Assembly (NCBI GenBank): GCA_000708835.1
Contig: DF237221.1
Span: forward strand, 51,783 to 115,782
Direction of reading: 5' to 3'
From: Klebsormidium nitens
Taxonomy: Eukaryota > Plantae > Klebsormidiophyceae
DNA length: 64,000 nt
Position numbers and translations under genes: made by a program. Numbering within the stretch: position 1 is the stretch's first letter; each line of letters starts with the position of its first letter. Below the pieces are notes generated by a model. That model saw nothing but the letters and a program-made list of their open reading frames with translations, was not told the origin of the DNA and did no database searches. Shown in pieces: positions 12,065-25,256 of the stretch.

Positions 12065-15000
12065 ATGGCCAACGTTTTTGTCAGCGTTCGATTCAGGCCA
12101 ATGAACAGAAAGGAGTTGGGAAGCAACGATGTGAGTTGCATTCTGAAAGATCATCAAGACGAGAGAACTGGTCTCAAGCTGCAGGTATGTAAGAACGCCT
12201 CTGCCTTTAAGAAGAGTTGCAACTGCTTCAACGAAGTACTATTGACCTTCTGTTACCTGGCTGGTATCTGTGAGAGCGTCTATTACCATCCACAAGTAAA
12301 GCCCTTTCTTCCAAATCCAGGACGAGAAGGTCGGCGAAGCATCCTTCCACTTTGACAGAATCTTTTGGCCTGAGGCTTCCCAGAAAGAAGTCTACACGGA
12401 AGTAGCAGAACCAATCGTCAAAGGTGAGTTCCAATCAACAACACGCAGAGAAGTATCATTTTGATCGTCCACAAATACGGTCAACTTGATCCTTATATTT
12501 GTCTGCCTACGTATCGTATCATGAGCGAGGACTGCATCATTATCTCGGCTCTTCGCAGATGCACTGCAGGGAGTCAATGGCACGATACTGGCATATGGAC
12601 AAACATCTGCTGGTAAAACCCATAGCATGGAGGTAAGAATACACTTGAATTTGACAGATCATCTGCAGGACATGACTCCCTGTAGCAAGCCTGAACATTT
12701 CTCCGGAAGACTGACACTCACTGAAATGATGTGATTCATCCAGATGTCATGTCTTGAAAGCGTGCAGCACATTGCCTTGGGTATGCTCGTGTCAATCCTT
12801 GAGCACCTTCGAGTATGTTGCCGGTTCCACAGGAGATTTACAGGCCTTCACTATACTGGTTTTCCCAACAGGGGCCGTCTCTTCTTACACCGGACAGAGC
12901 TCAAAGGGGCATATTGCCAAGGGTGAGTCACGACAACGTGCGAATGAACGGTCAGCTTCAGCTTGATTCTGGACTCTCCAAACGTGAGAAAAGCAAATCA
13001 AACGTGGATTTGGCGATTAAAACTTCCCTTCGCAGCATCCATCACTACATAGAACTTCATGACAATCAAGGGTTGCTTACTGCCGTCAGAGGGCGTTTGC
13101 AGGTTGCAGAAGCTCTTTTTGCTTCCATCAAATCGGTTGATCCAGCTTACGAGTATCTTGTGAAAGTATCGGTGGTAAGGTCCGGCACAACCTTCGAGCC
13201 GGTGTGCTTCCAAGCGGTTACCATATCAACAGGCTCGATGACCAGAGGATCTGCTGAGACCCACTGTCCGTGCTGCTTGAACGTTCGGGGATTTCGGACA
13301 CTTTGCTTACCTGCATATCATCTTTTGTCCTGCTTGCACTGTGCCTCATTTGAATCATGCACAACTCCATTCGAGGAAAGAAAGCCGCTTCTGCTCCTAG
13401 AATTTCTAACTTTAACTACATTCAGGTGGAGCTTTACATGGAAAAGCTTCGAGACTTGCTTCAGACGGAAAAAGACAATCTGTCAATACGAGAGTCAGCT
13501 GAGAAGGGAATCTGGATTGCCGAAGCGACGGAGGTGTTCGTTCAAAGCGAGCTGGAAATGCTTCAAGTGCTGCAAGCAGGGGTGGAGAATCGAGCAGTAG
13601 CTTCTACCAGTATCCAACCAGCAAGCTTTGCTCTTCAGTCGTTACACTCTTAGAATGCTTTCCAACAAAAAAAAAGTGTGACGGTGTTCTTCTCTTCAAG
13701 CTTTCAAAACCGTGGAGGAGCTTACGAAGATTGCTTCGCAATTCAGAACAGTCAGCACCTGCAGTAGTGCTCAAGAACGCTTGACAACATTCTGACAGAT
13801 ATGAACAACGAAAGCAGCAGAAGCCACTGCATCTACCTGATCTCGATCATCGCAACTCACGTTGAAGATCGAAGGTGCGACTACCGCGTAAAGCATTCTA
13901 AGTTCTGTGGCCACCTTGCTTCAAGATCACCAGATCCTTCAAGCGTATGAAGAACTGCTTCTCTCCTCTTCCTAGATCTCATCGGGAAAAGTTTCAGAGA
14001 ATCAGATATCTGAAGGACCTCTCCTGCTAATCCTCGACACTCGTTGTCGCAGTGTCAAGACAGGGAAACTACATTTGGTGGACCTTGCGGGGTCCGAGAA
14101 GGTCGGTATATATCGCAATTTCACATCTTACGAGCTATCGTGCATTCTTGTGCATGCGATTGAGTTTCTGAACGGCCCTAGACTGGTGCCCTTCCTGAAC
14201 GCTAGCCCGCAGTGTACAGAAGAAGACATTGAGGTGCGGCTGGGAGTAGCATGAGGTCCACATACAAAGAATCATTTTTAATTATGCAGGTGGATAAGAC
14301 AGGAGCGGAAGGACAAGTCCTGTCGGAAGCCAAAATGATCAACAAGTCCCTTTCCGCCTTGGGCAACGTCATCAACGCGCTCACTGACGGTAGGTCTAAA
14401 AGAGCATAAAACATGAGGGAACACGTAATATGCTGAATGCGAACAGAGCGACCAGAGGACGCTTCTCTGGAACAAAGTGACATCAACGTGCGCATAAGCT
14501 GACGTATTCCTAGTAGCTGTGCAGAGAAGGCGTCGTTCATTCCGTACCGAGATTCGAAGCTGACACGGGTCCTTCAAGAATCATTGGTGAGCGACTTGCA
14601 GCAACTTAGCCATGGACGATGTGGTCAAACCTGGCCCGCAGGTTTAATACGTTTGCTATGTGCTGACAGGGAAATGTGTCTATGCAAATGCGCCCCATAG
14701 AGGGCGCATAGCTGGGCAGATCAAATAACCTCCAGACCGCCGAAAGAATGGATGATAAATACGAGCTTTCCAACCTGGTCTCTACACGATCATGTGCAGG
14801 GCGGTAACTCAAGAACGGCACTTCTCTGCTGCTGTTCGACCAGCTCGAGTAACGCGCAAGAGACTCTGTCAACCCTCCGCTTTGGAAACAGGTCAGGGAC
14901 TTTTTTTAAGAAGCGAAAGGTGTTTGTAAGCTAGACTGAGCACCCTGTTATCAAGGCCAAAGCCTCATGTTCTTCAAGTTTACGCCGTGTAAGTGGTATT

Positions 15001-16710
15001 TGACTTCAAATGCAGGGCAAAGCACGTAAGGAATCAACCCAAAGTGAACAACGAACGGAGCAGAGCCGAGCTTGAGAGACTGCTGGAAAGGACGGAGAAG
15101 GAACGTGACGGTCTCAGAAAGCAGGTGGAACGCCTTACATGTCAGTCCAAGTTGGAACCTGCACAAGGTAGGTCTGCTGTTTAAAGAACTAACCCTTGTT
15201 TCGACTGGAGGAAGTAAGCATGTTTAGAAAGTTTCTGCGGTCCTCCAAATTATTTCTGCTTATTCGGGTTCGTGATCTCTGCAGAATTCAATCCGTGCAA
15301 CTTGGGATTGCACCCTGATGCACCCGGCGACTCTGCGGAGGTAAGTGCCGGACTCGGAGCTCACTTCTTAGGATGATTCCAGGAGCTCTGATTCGCGGCC
15401 GGATATCAACCCCTCCCCCTCAACTATTTGTCTGAGGAGTAGAGTCTTTTCTGAAGCTAGGTCGAAGTTCTGTGCTGACTTGGAATGTTTCGCATTTGTT
15501 TCTGCCCGCAGATCTCACGCCTGAAGGCAAAAGTCTCGCTCCTCGAGCAACACCTTTTGAGGATGAAGAACCAGATCCTTCAGGAGCTGTCGAACATGGG
15601 AACAATCCGACTTCACGAGGACGGGTCGTACGACCAAGAAGGCGACTTGGACAGGGTTTACGTTGCGTTGCTTGAGGAGATCCGTTCCTCAGATCAGGGG
15701 CAAGATGAGGACGTTGGCCTGTCCAGTTTACTACCAGATGGAAGCAAGGTAAGTGCCAGAAAACGCGAGCAGCACTGTCCAAACACTCCAAAGCCGACGA
15801 CCGCAAAAGAAGCTCACGACCTGCTACACCACGCGGCTCGTTCGGCTTTCAGCGCATGCTGACTATATCAATCATGTTAAGGTGGATTTGCCACGATCTA
15901 CAGGGGCATGGTAAAGGCACTTGAGTTCGAATCATTGCGTTCCCATGCAGGCAATCGACGGCAGTGACAAGCACTGCGGGGATAGCGTGTGTCCTTCCCT
16001 GCAGAACCGGATGGAGAGACTCGCCGTATCGTACGCCCAGGTATGCTCGCTCACATCGCTCATGATTGTCAGCATGTTGAGCACTGTTTCCGGCAGACGT
16101 GTAAACGATATTGCAGGAAGAAAGCATCGGCTCGCTCACACAATTGACGTTCGATCAGCAGATCCCTCTCGTTGTAGAAATGTCCAACTCTTCGAGAAAA
16201 CTAAGAGCATAATAATGAGAGATTCTCATCATTCTCGGAGTCGCCCCGGTTGCAGGCCCTGAAGCAGAATGCACGTTTGACAGAGGAGAAGCGGGCGCTC
16301 GAGAGGATGGTGCAACTCACCAGACTGAACCGCTCAGGTGTTTGCCGGCCACAGTCTTCTAGCTAAGCTCAAGAGTTCCCCAATCCAGATCAGAATATGT
16401 TGACGGACGAGCGCGGCCGTATAGTTTGCAAGGCTTTGCCTGCTTGCAAGATGCTTCTGTCATGCACTTTGCATCGAAGATCCACGTCTAAACCTGATTG
16501 TAAATAACATCTGCAGGTCACTCCTCCGACCGAGAGCCACGTATCCTGCGGCCTAAGCGGGGGGACTGCGAAACGCCGGCGCCTGCAAAGCTTGACACTA
16601 GCGGTTTGCACGATGTACACGGCTTGATGCTTTTCCGCATTTCTCCCGCTGCTATCTGGAAGCACATGGGTCTGGGAGAATTGGTTCATACTTGGGCGAA
16701 GTGGCACTAG
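12065..16710 (+). CDS. Kinesin-1-like motor protein (N-terminal motor domain, short coiled coil), ~15 exons; 3' end approximate
   Basis: Exons encode VSVRFRP, FDRIF, the P-loop [24 protein letters not shown], switch I NNESSRSH, switch [44 protein letters not shown]|GGNSRT and ETLSTLRFG, followed by heptad-rich exons. Confidence 0.9.
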
Positions 16711-17826
16711 GCCCAGTGCACCGAGGCGAATTTGGAAGCTGGGCCCGGGGAGGAGGAGATAGAGACAGTCTTATTTTCACTTTTATATAGCGACAACGTG
16801 TCGATGCAGAGACGGTCGGTTCGATAACGCTGCATCGTCAACCCTGCGTGAACGTTGGTGCATGATTCACGCAAAAGACTCTTGAGCTAGTGCAACAGAA
16901 GCTAAAGTTTGACTGCATTTTGAGTAGCTAAGCATGGCTCACCTGTGCTGGATGATTATACACAATCACTATTGTCGCGCGGCAAAAGTATATGCTCAGT
17001 CTGCATGCAGCTGGGCCGGCCGCCGCGCTGAGGCGGCAATCCAGGATCCCATGTGCGCTGATTACGACACGCCATGCTTACAGCTTGGATCTGGCACCGG
17101 TGAGTTTGATTAGCACTGAGATTTATTGTGATTCAATGGTTCGGCGCGATTTGGAGCAGACTTCTTCCTGTGCCCGTGTAGGTACACGCATGAACAATCA
17201 TTTCGAAAGTTTCACCTGCCTTTCAATTTTATGATAATGCACCATGTCCGCACCTCCGCAATTGGAAGCTTCTTGACCAGCATACCGTTAGTAGCTTTTA
17301 GCACAGTGATGGACGGCCGGGCAGCTAGCTTAGACGGTCCCCTCGCGACACGGCAGTGCTTAGTCTGTGACGTCCTTTCAACAATTTGCCGGAAGGCTCC
17401 ATAGATGTATACCCCCTCCTTTTTTTGTGTAGCACTAGAAAGACTCGATATCGCGTTCAATGCAATCGATCGTATTCATCATTCTTTGTGCAGAGATATA
17501 TGAACCAAGACGTAAATGAACGCTGACTATTATCCAACGTTCAAGACGTGCATATTCAACGACAAGAGACTCTTATACTCATGTACCTACTTCAACCTAT
17601 TTTCAGTACTGCTAACGAAACGTACAGTGGATGGACTGCAGGGGTCCAGCGGCTGCAGTATAATTACTTGGCGACTGTGGCATTCCAAGATACTAAAGGA
17701 CTAGAGACTTGTGGACTGGCAGAACCGCTGCTTCTAACTATCACAGTGGCAGGTCAGTATCAGGCAGGGTTATTGATATAACAGCCTCGATTGATGGGCA
17801 CCCGGCTACACGGGGGCTGGATCCGT

Positions 17827-20800
17827 CTACTCTGCGCTATTGGCACTCCAATCGTATGGTTGGTACTCAATCTTGTACTTTCCTTCGCCTATCAATGCCT
17901 CCAATTTGTCCCGCTCCTTCAGAGTCAAGAACCGGGCCACGAACTTGAGGACCTCCAGATCCGTCGCGCCAAAGTCAGTCTTGTACCTGTGGAAGAGAGA
18001 CAGCGTTGATTCGCAAAGCTGGTACTCCGGTAAACAGGGCTGCAGCGTTGGAAAATCTTTGCGAATCTGTCTCCGTGAACACCTCTTAAACCACACCCTA
18101 GTAGAGACTTCCGGGCCTCGCTTTACTAGTGACCAAAAAACATAGGGTGGATGCCGAAAGATCCTGCCATAACTACGGTGGTCAACCTTGCAGAGCTGCA
18201 CTCCCTCTCGGAATAGAATTCTCAGCAACCTGCTCAGCAACTTAAGCAGTCAAATATAGCAGACGAACTGCCTATTCATTTGTACTTTTCCGGCTCGTCG
18301 AAACATGCTCAAGTTGTCGGCACGCTGTTCCCAGCTCAGAAACAACGATGTCACCGTTCATTCGGTGATATCGTTGTGATAGTTCTTTTTGACACAGAAG
18401 TATCCCCAACCGCTTTATCGAGCGGCTCATCCTTTGCCTCACCAGCTGAGGATCTTGCTCAGGTGGATCGTCTTGGTCTCCACGTCGACCGTCGCGCCCC
18501 CGCCCTCGAAGAAGCCCTGCGCCGCAGCTTTAAGCGACTCGTCCACCGCCTTGGCCTCGTACGTCTTGACGGGCGGGCAGCTCTTGGCGCCGCACACGAG
18601 CGCAAAGTGGATCAGCGGCTCGGGTGTCGTCAGCGCCACCTGGATTATCAAAACGAGTCTTTTGTCATTACTCGAAGAGCACTTCCACCCATGTATTTCC
18701 ACTCGACACATTCAAAGGCTTGACCAGAATTCGTTTTGAGAGCCCACTTCATCACAGGGCGGGGGTCACTGCCCCCTGTTGCGGTGGAGTCGCCAGGAGT
18801 CGCGTCCGATTGGCAGAACCATGTGCGCAGGCAGAGCTTCTCGCTCCAGATGCATTCCGCTGACATTGACCAAGCCTGCGTCTTCAAATTCTTTCACGGT
18901 GATGGCGTGCTCCTGCCGAATTGACGTGCAGCCGTGTGCGTCGGAATCACTCCCCCGGAAATCCCTGTAGATCTAATGAGAAGAGGACAAATCGGCAAAC
19001 TTCGCAAAGTTCGTACCAATCGAGTACTTGTAGGTCGTACACCAGTGGGGCTAGAGAACCCCGTCTTGAAGGCCTACGTCAGCTTGCGAACAGAAGCGGT
19101 AATGAAAATTGAAGGTTGAAAGAGGGGGCCACGCACCGGCAGTCGGTCGTCCTTGTCGCCGAAGGGCTTGGAGAAAAAGAAGGGCGGCCGCTTGTTGCCC
19201 CGGAGGATCCCGTTCTCAATGGCCGTCAGCGAGTAGGACGAGCCGCCAATGATGTAGCTGCGGGCGCAAGAAATGTTGGGTCAGAATGTGCAGCCAGGAA
19301 TTGCGGAGATGCGGAAACGCGGAGACCAGTAGTGCAGTCGTAAAGTTTGGCAGTTTATTGTCGGATGATGACTAGAATACCGAAGCCAACCTTGAGTCTC
19401 TGGAAGTGGAGGTTGATGAGTGAGGTGGGGGGGAACCTCCTGGCGTTCAAATCGCGGGCTCTGTTCAACGTCTGAACGATAACTGCCTTTTGCACTAAGC
19501 CCGTCAGAAAAGCACCGTTCTGACCCAGACCACCGACCATCCACGCATAATCTGGCTTATGTCGACACATCGGCCGTGACTCTTCAAACTGATCACTGAG
19601 CTGCCGAGACAGACGAATTCCTTCCAAGACTTACGTGTGCTCAGTGAAGAAGTGGCGCCGCACCGCGAGCGTGGTGGGCCCGTGGCCGAGCACGACGGTG
19701 ACGTGGATCACGAGGGCGTTGTAGATGTTGATGAAGAACGCCAGCTTCTCCTCGCGCGACAGCGCCAGCACGTCCACGCGCTGCAGCTGTAGCGTCAGCC
19801 TGACGTACCTGCCACGTCAGCGAAAAGAGACGAGTTTCAGCGCTTGCATTCAGGTGGCGAGGGAGCAGACGTTCCAGTCCTGGGGCATCGTGGCTTCTGG
19901 TTCGCCAAGGTCAGCTTGCTGGATCAGGGCGGGATGCTGGTACAGATCCGTTGGGGAAGCAGGGGTCAATCTGATCTGATGCTGCGGTTTGCAGGGTTGG
20001 ACTCAGATCGATTATACTTCTCGAACGGGCTTGCCATGGGGCGGCAGTAGTTGTTCCGACGACACTCGGAAGGACAGTTGAATCACTTGTGCCAGCAATT
20101 GCATCGATCAACGCGAGCGAGTGGGAAGCAGGAGAGAAGCGATTGAAATCAGTATTTTATCGACCTCATGACGACACGAACATCATTATGATGTGGTGGA
20201 AGCCCCAGTCTGGTCCCTAGTCTGGCCTCGCTCATGCAGATAAGGATCGCTTTTTCATAAAAGCCTCCCTGCTTCTTCCACTCAAATGCAGACGGAACCA
20301 AAAGCAATCAACAAGGAAAAAGGATCACTCTGAACGTGGACGGAAACCTGAAGAGAGATGATCTTGCCCCGCCTACTCTCCCTTACATGGAAACCCTTCT
20401 TGACGCAAGCCCTCACCTCCGGAAGATCTCGCTCTTGGCGATCCCGCGGTAGTCCACGTGGCGCCCGTCGTCCGACAAGAACTCGTCGTACACAGCGAGG
20501 ATCATCTTGCGCATCCGCGTGCCGAGCTCGACCGCTGGGGGCGGCTCCAAATCGCTGGTCGCGCCGGACCAGTTGGCGGCGGTTTTGCCGAACGGCTCGT
20601 GCTCCAGGAGGCGGTAAAAGAGGGGGCTGTCCTTGAAGGAGTGCTCCTGAGGCGGACGATAGGAGATGGTGAACAGGATAGCTTATGATCAGGGGATGGC
20701 TCATAAGACGGAAGGAGCCTGACGGAAGGAGCAAGACTGTAGTAAGGGGCCGTCTTTGAGAGAGTCCTCGTAAGGAGTAGGTTCGCCAATGGGCAGGAGT

Positions 20801-23800
20801 CGGGAAAGCGATAGGAGCTGGTGATACAACACATGTTCGGGGTGTCGAGCAATGATCAGCGTATAATCGTTTACGGTAAAGCATCCTCTAGACCTCCAAA
20901 GAAAAGGGGAAACAATAGTGAGATGAGACGGTGCAGATGCAGAAAGTTGATGCCATCAGTTTGCACCACAAAAGATATTCGAACTCGCAATGCTTGCCTT
21001 ACCCGTAGCACGTGATGGAAGAAGTGCTTCGTCTGCAGCTGCTGGAGGAGTGACGTGGCCTGCACATGTGAAATATGCAGTGGACTTACTCCTAAGTCCC
21101 AAGGGACGGACCGCACGATCGCATGTAGTACACTTTTCATTCCGATTCTCGAAGACCGGCTCTTTGATGTGGAGAGTTACAGAAGCAGACAAGATGCTTC
21201 CTAGGAGCCTCCCCCTTCCCTTTAGATGCCTTATGTCTCAATACTCAAGAAGCGGAGCGTGCGTCAGCCAAAGAACGCTGCGACGAGACTTCCCGAACGT
21301 CGACCTTTTTCAAAACAGCACGTTAGAAACGGGTTCTTTAAACACTGAGTCAAACAAGAGCTTGGTCAATACAGTACTCCGCTTGCTGCGACCCTTATCA
21401 CTAGATTCGCTTAGCTTCCAAAGTCTGTAAGAATCTAGGGCTTGCGAGTTCTGGAGGGCTTACCTCGTGCCGGCTGATCTTCTTCTCTTCGACGACGAGG
21501 TCCACCGCTTCCGAGCCCACGAAGCACCGGTCATACTTGCGCAGCTTGTACCACCGGTCCTTGATTGCCAGCTTCTCTCGGAGCCACTTGACTGTCTCCA
21601 GATGCTTGTCAGGGGTTTCGTCGGCTACAGGGGCGGCAGACTTATTGGGGCCGGGGGTTGCGGGGGCGGAGGAGGGAACGGCTGCAGACAAAGACTATTG
21701 TGTTATAGATAACCCGACGAAGCTTAGCAGCAAATTTATTGGTGCTTTTGACAGGATTAGGCCTGGGTTGGACTAAACGGGGCCACTGTGAGCACAGCCA
21801 AAACTTAGGAGGCCCTGCGCATACTCCCATCGCCGATCGACCTTCGCTGCACTGTAGTCACTGAGGAAGATTAACCAGCGGGTTCGGAGAAGTAAACTTG
21901 GTGGCTGCTGCCAGAAGCATAGCAGCGCACCTTTGACCTCTTAGCAGATAATATGCGGCCATTCGCTTCAAGTCAATGCTGCAACCCCAAAGAAGTCAGA
22001 CAGTTGACGACCAACCAAAGATGGATGAAAGATGGAGACGAGCAACGGCGGCCAGGGAGTCCTTACGGGTTTCGTGAACAAGCTTCAGCTCTGCATCCAG
22101 ATTCCCGTCGTTTTCCAGTGCCTGCAAGTGCAAGACATCGGGAGTTTGTTTGCATGATTGGTGGCTTTTGTAATCGCTTGATTTCACCATTTGCAGTCAT
22201 CATTTCGAATCGGAGATCAGAAGTCCTTATTTCCAGCCAACAGGACATGCTTGACGGGACATCCTCGCAATATCATCTCAGTCTGCAAGAATATCAAGCA
22301 AATGATTGACTCGGATCAGGAAAGCTTAGCAATGGGAATGTTACTACGAAACGGACTCGTTTCGACCTCAGAACTAAGAATCCATTGTCATATCCGCAGA
22401 TGCCCTCTGTTGCTTGCTCCTTAAAAATCGGCTTTAGCAGGGGGCTGGTCTGAAGTTTACAAGGAGAGGTAGAGGAAGTGCCTGCGAGACTTGAATCGTA
22501 ATGATGTCTCTACATAGAAGCGATCAAGGACGTCCAAGGGATGGAGAAATTCAAACCAACGACAATTCAAGTGTGGATAATCTGCTTAATCAGCGCACTG
22601 ACCCAAAGTCGAGACCCTCTGACTGTGACTGTAAAACCCAAACCTGCCACAAGTAAGTCGGCATAGACTGAAGATACACCTACTCTACCCAACCCACTTT
22701 GCCTTGAGTACGAAGGACACACGTTACAATCCGGTGTCCAGACAGTGGCTTTTGCCCTGATTATCGCAGAAGCAAAGAAGCGCACCTGCAGGGCATCGTT
22801 CCCCCCAATGAGCTTCTCGTTGAAGAAGATCTGGGGGCAGCTGCTTTTCCCGGTTCGCTCCTGCATCTCCTCCCGCCTCTCTGGGAACACGTCCAGGTTG
22901 ATCTCTGCAAACTTGACGCCCTTCTTCTTCAGCAGCGCCTTGGCGGCCTTGCAGTGGGGGCACCCACTGATGGAAAACACTGTGACCCGCCCCTCCCCAT
23001 ACTCATAGCTCGGCGCAGGCTCCACAGCCAGTTCTGAAGAGGCCTCTGGTTTGGAACTCTCTGCATCATCCCTGAGATCGTCCGCAGCAACTGGCTTCTT
23101 GTCCTCCGGTTTCCAAGCCGCCTTCACATAGTTTGCTTGCTGCTTCATCTTCTCAGTAAGAGACCCCACCCTCTGGATAACCCGCTCCTTCACCGTCGTC
23201 TTTTCTGCGCCGGGGCTTGCCAGATCTGAAGGAGGCCCCGCCGGATTGGCCTCTTGAAGCTCCGCTGCACTTACTTTGACCGGTTCGCCTTCAGGTGGGA
23301 CAGCCTCAGAGCTTGCATCGGCCCCCACTTTGGTCTCAGACTTCCATGACGATCTTAGTGAAGAGGCCTGAGACTTGACCTTATCACCAATCGAACCGAC
23401 ACTCTGGTAGACCCTGCTTTTCAATGTTGGTGTCCCCGGCTTCGTCCCCTCCTTTCCCATCGTCTCCTCCTCTGTGCCCTTCCCTCCATCCTTCTCGGAC
23501 TTTGGTTCAGACTTGAATGCAAGTGCAACTCTGTCTTTCAGACCAAACATGGTCCCCTTCTTGCCTGCTTTTGACACTGGTTCCCCATCTCCTGTAACTT
23601 CGATCGGCGCAGATTCACTTGCTGCTGGAGGAGTAGCTGCCACCTCTGCTGGTGGCATATCACTGTGAAATGCTGCTAAGACCCTCTCTTTCTCCCTGGC
23701 TGCATCGTTTGCGTCATCATCCTTCTCAGCGCTTGCGACCTGCTTTGCCACAACAGGCAGGCCACCGACAGACTGGACTCCTGTAGCCAGGCCAACCTGC

Positions 23801-24033
23801 TTTGTCTCTCCCTTTGGCGCAGTTTCAGATGCTGATTTGGGTACCGCTTCTGGCGCTGTTGAGTGAAATGCCGCCAGGACCCTCTCCTTTTCCTTCGCCG
23901 CATCAACGTCCTCCTCATCTAACGTCACTGCTACGGGCAATTGTTCCTTCATCAGCACAGGAACGCCCCCCACAGATTGTACCCCTGTCGCAAGTCCATC
24001 TTCAACGGTGGGAACTTTACTATCTTCTGCCAT
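17827..24033 (-). CDS. Glutaredoxin-DEP-DUF547 protein with a long low-complexity N-terminal extension, ~9 exons
   Basis: Grx: VTVFSISGCPHCKAAK...SSCPQIFFN...IGGNDAL. DEP: IKDRWYKLRKYDRCFVGSEAVD...HFFHHV. DUF547: EEKLAFFINIYNALVIH, YSLTAIENGILRGN, PEPLIHFALVCGAKSCPP, LSKILSWYKTDFG, YQPYDWSAN. Confidence 0.9.
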
Positions 24034-25256
24034 TTTGGTGGGTCTCCAACGACGAGATCTGCAAGGGCCAACGCTGACGACCTACTAAAGGTAAGTTAAG
24101 TTGCTATGAGTGCCTGCCTTCTCTTTCAGACTCAGCGTCCAAGCAGATGCTGTCACTCAATGCAGCCACTCTGCGTGATACAAGTTGACCAGTCACAAGT
24201 TCACCACCTTTCGGACTTCATTGCACTTTTCAGTCCCTGCACAGGAAAAGAGCAGGTACAACCTATGAGACCTGGCAAAGCAGAACAAGTTCTGCACAAT
24301 CATAAGTGCTGCGAGAAATTTGGTGAGGTTTGAAGCAAGCGAGCTCCATGCAATTTGGAGTTTAACGAGATGTTTGTATTATTGAATAGTTGCACCAAGC
24401 TGCAGCCATTCAACGTGATCAGATTGATCTGCGATCTTCCAGTGCAGCAACTTGCTAATGCAAAACACAATGCAGGATTTATGATGCACGACTGTGATGG
24501 TGAAAACTCTCAATGATTTGGTGCTTCACTAGGGGCTGCCGATCATCAAGTGATGTTGAGCTCAATGCAATCTCCCACTGGTTTCACCGTTTGAAAGAAA
24601 ACTCAAACAGAGCACTTAAGTGCTCACCTTTTTGAACACAATGTGAGTGCCTTTTCAAAGCCAGAAAATAAGACGACCGCACCTGCATTCATTGGTTGTT
24701 TGGGCTAGAAACAACTCACCTTATTACGGTTATCCTTTGAGCTTCGGGAGAGGCTGTCCAAACAAGAAGCTACTCTTCCTAGCCGCCACAAGCAGCAGCA
24801 CAATCTGCACTTCAATTCAAGTGCTCATGACATTTTATTTTGATCAGCATTGAACAGAGCTTCTGAAAATTGAAATGTGGTGGCCGCTCTTTCGTGAGCA
24901 GCTTCAAATTCCAATACCAAAATGCGCGCGCGCAGAGGGCTTGGACAGTGTCGAAATTAAGGCGCGGCGCTCACGCTGCGCGCGGCGCGCACCCTTTCTA
25001 AACCTCTTAGAAACCCGGCGTAAAATTAGCGCGTCGCATGTTGGCCGCCCGACTCCCGTCAACGGTCATGATAAGCTTCCAAGCTTCATTTCCGAACCAG
25101 ACTGCAAAAGACAGGCTTATCAAAGCTGGCTGTATTCCGCGCGCCTTCTGAGAGAAGGGAAGCTACGGCAGGCTTGCGGGCGCAGCTCAGATTAGGTAGA
25201 CGTCCTCGACAACTTCGTCGTTGGGGCGCAGTACTGGTGTCTCACTCCAGGGCAAG

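Noticed and set aside
12815-13600. 261-aa ORF
   Set aside because: A chimera of two kinesin exons plus intron read-through, not a separate gene.
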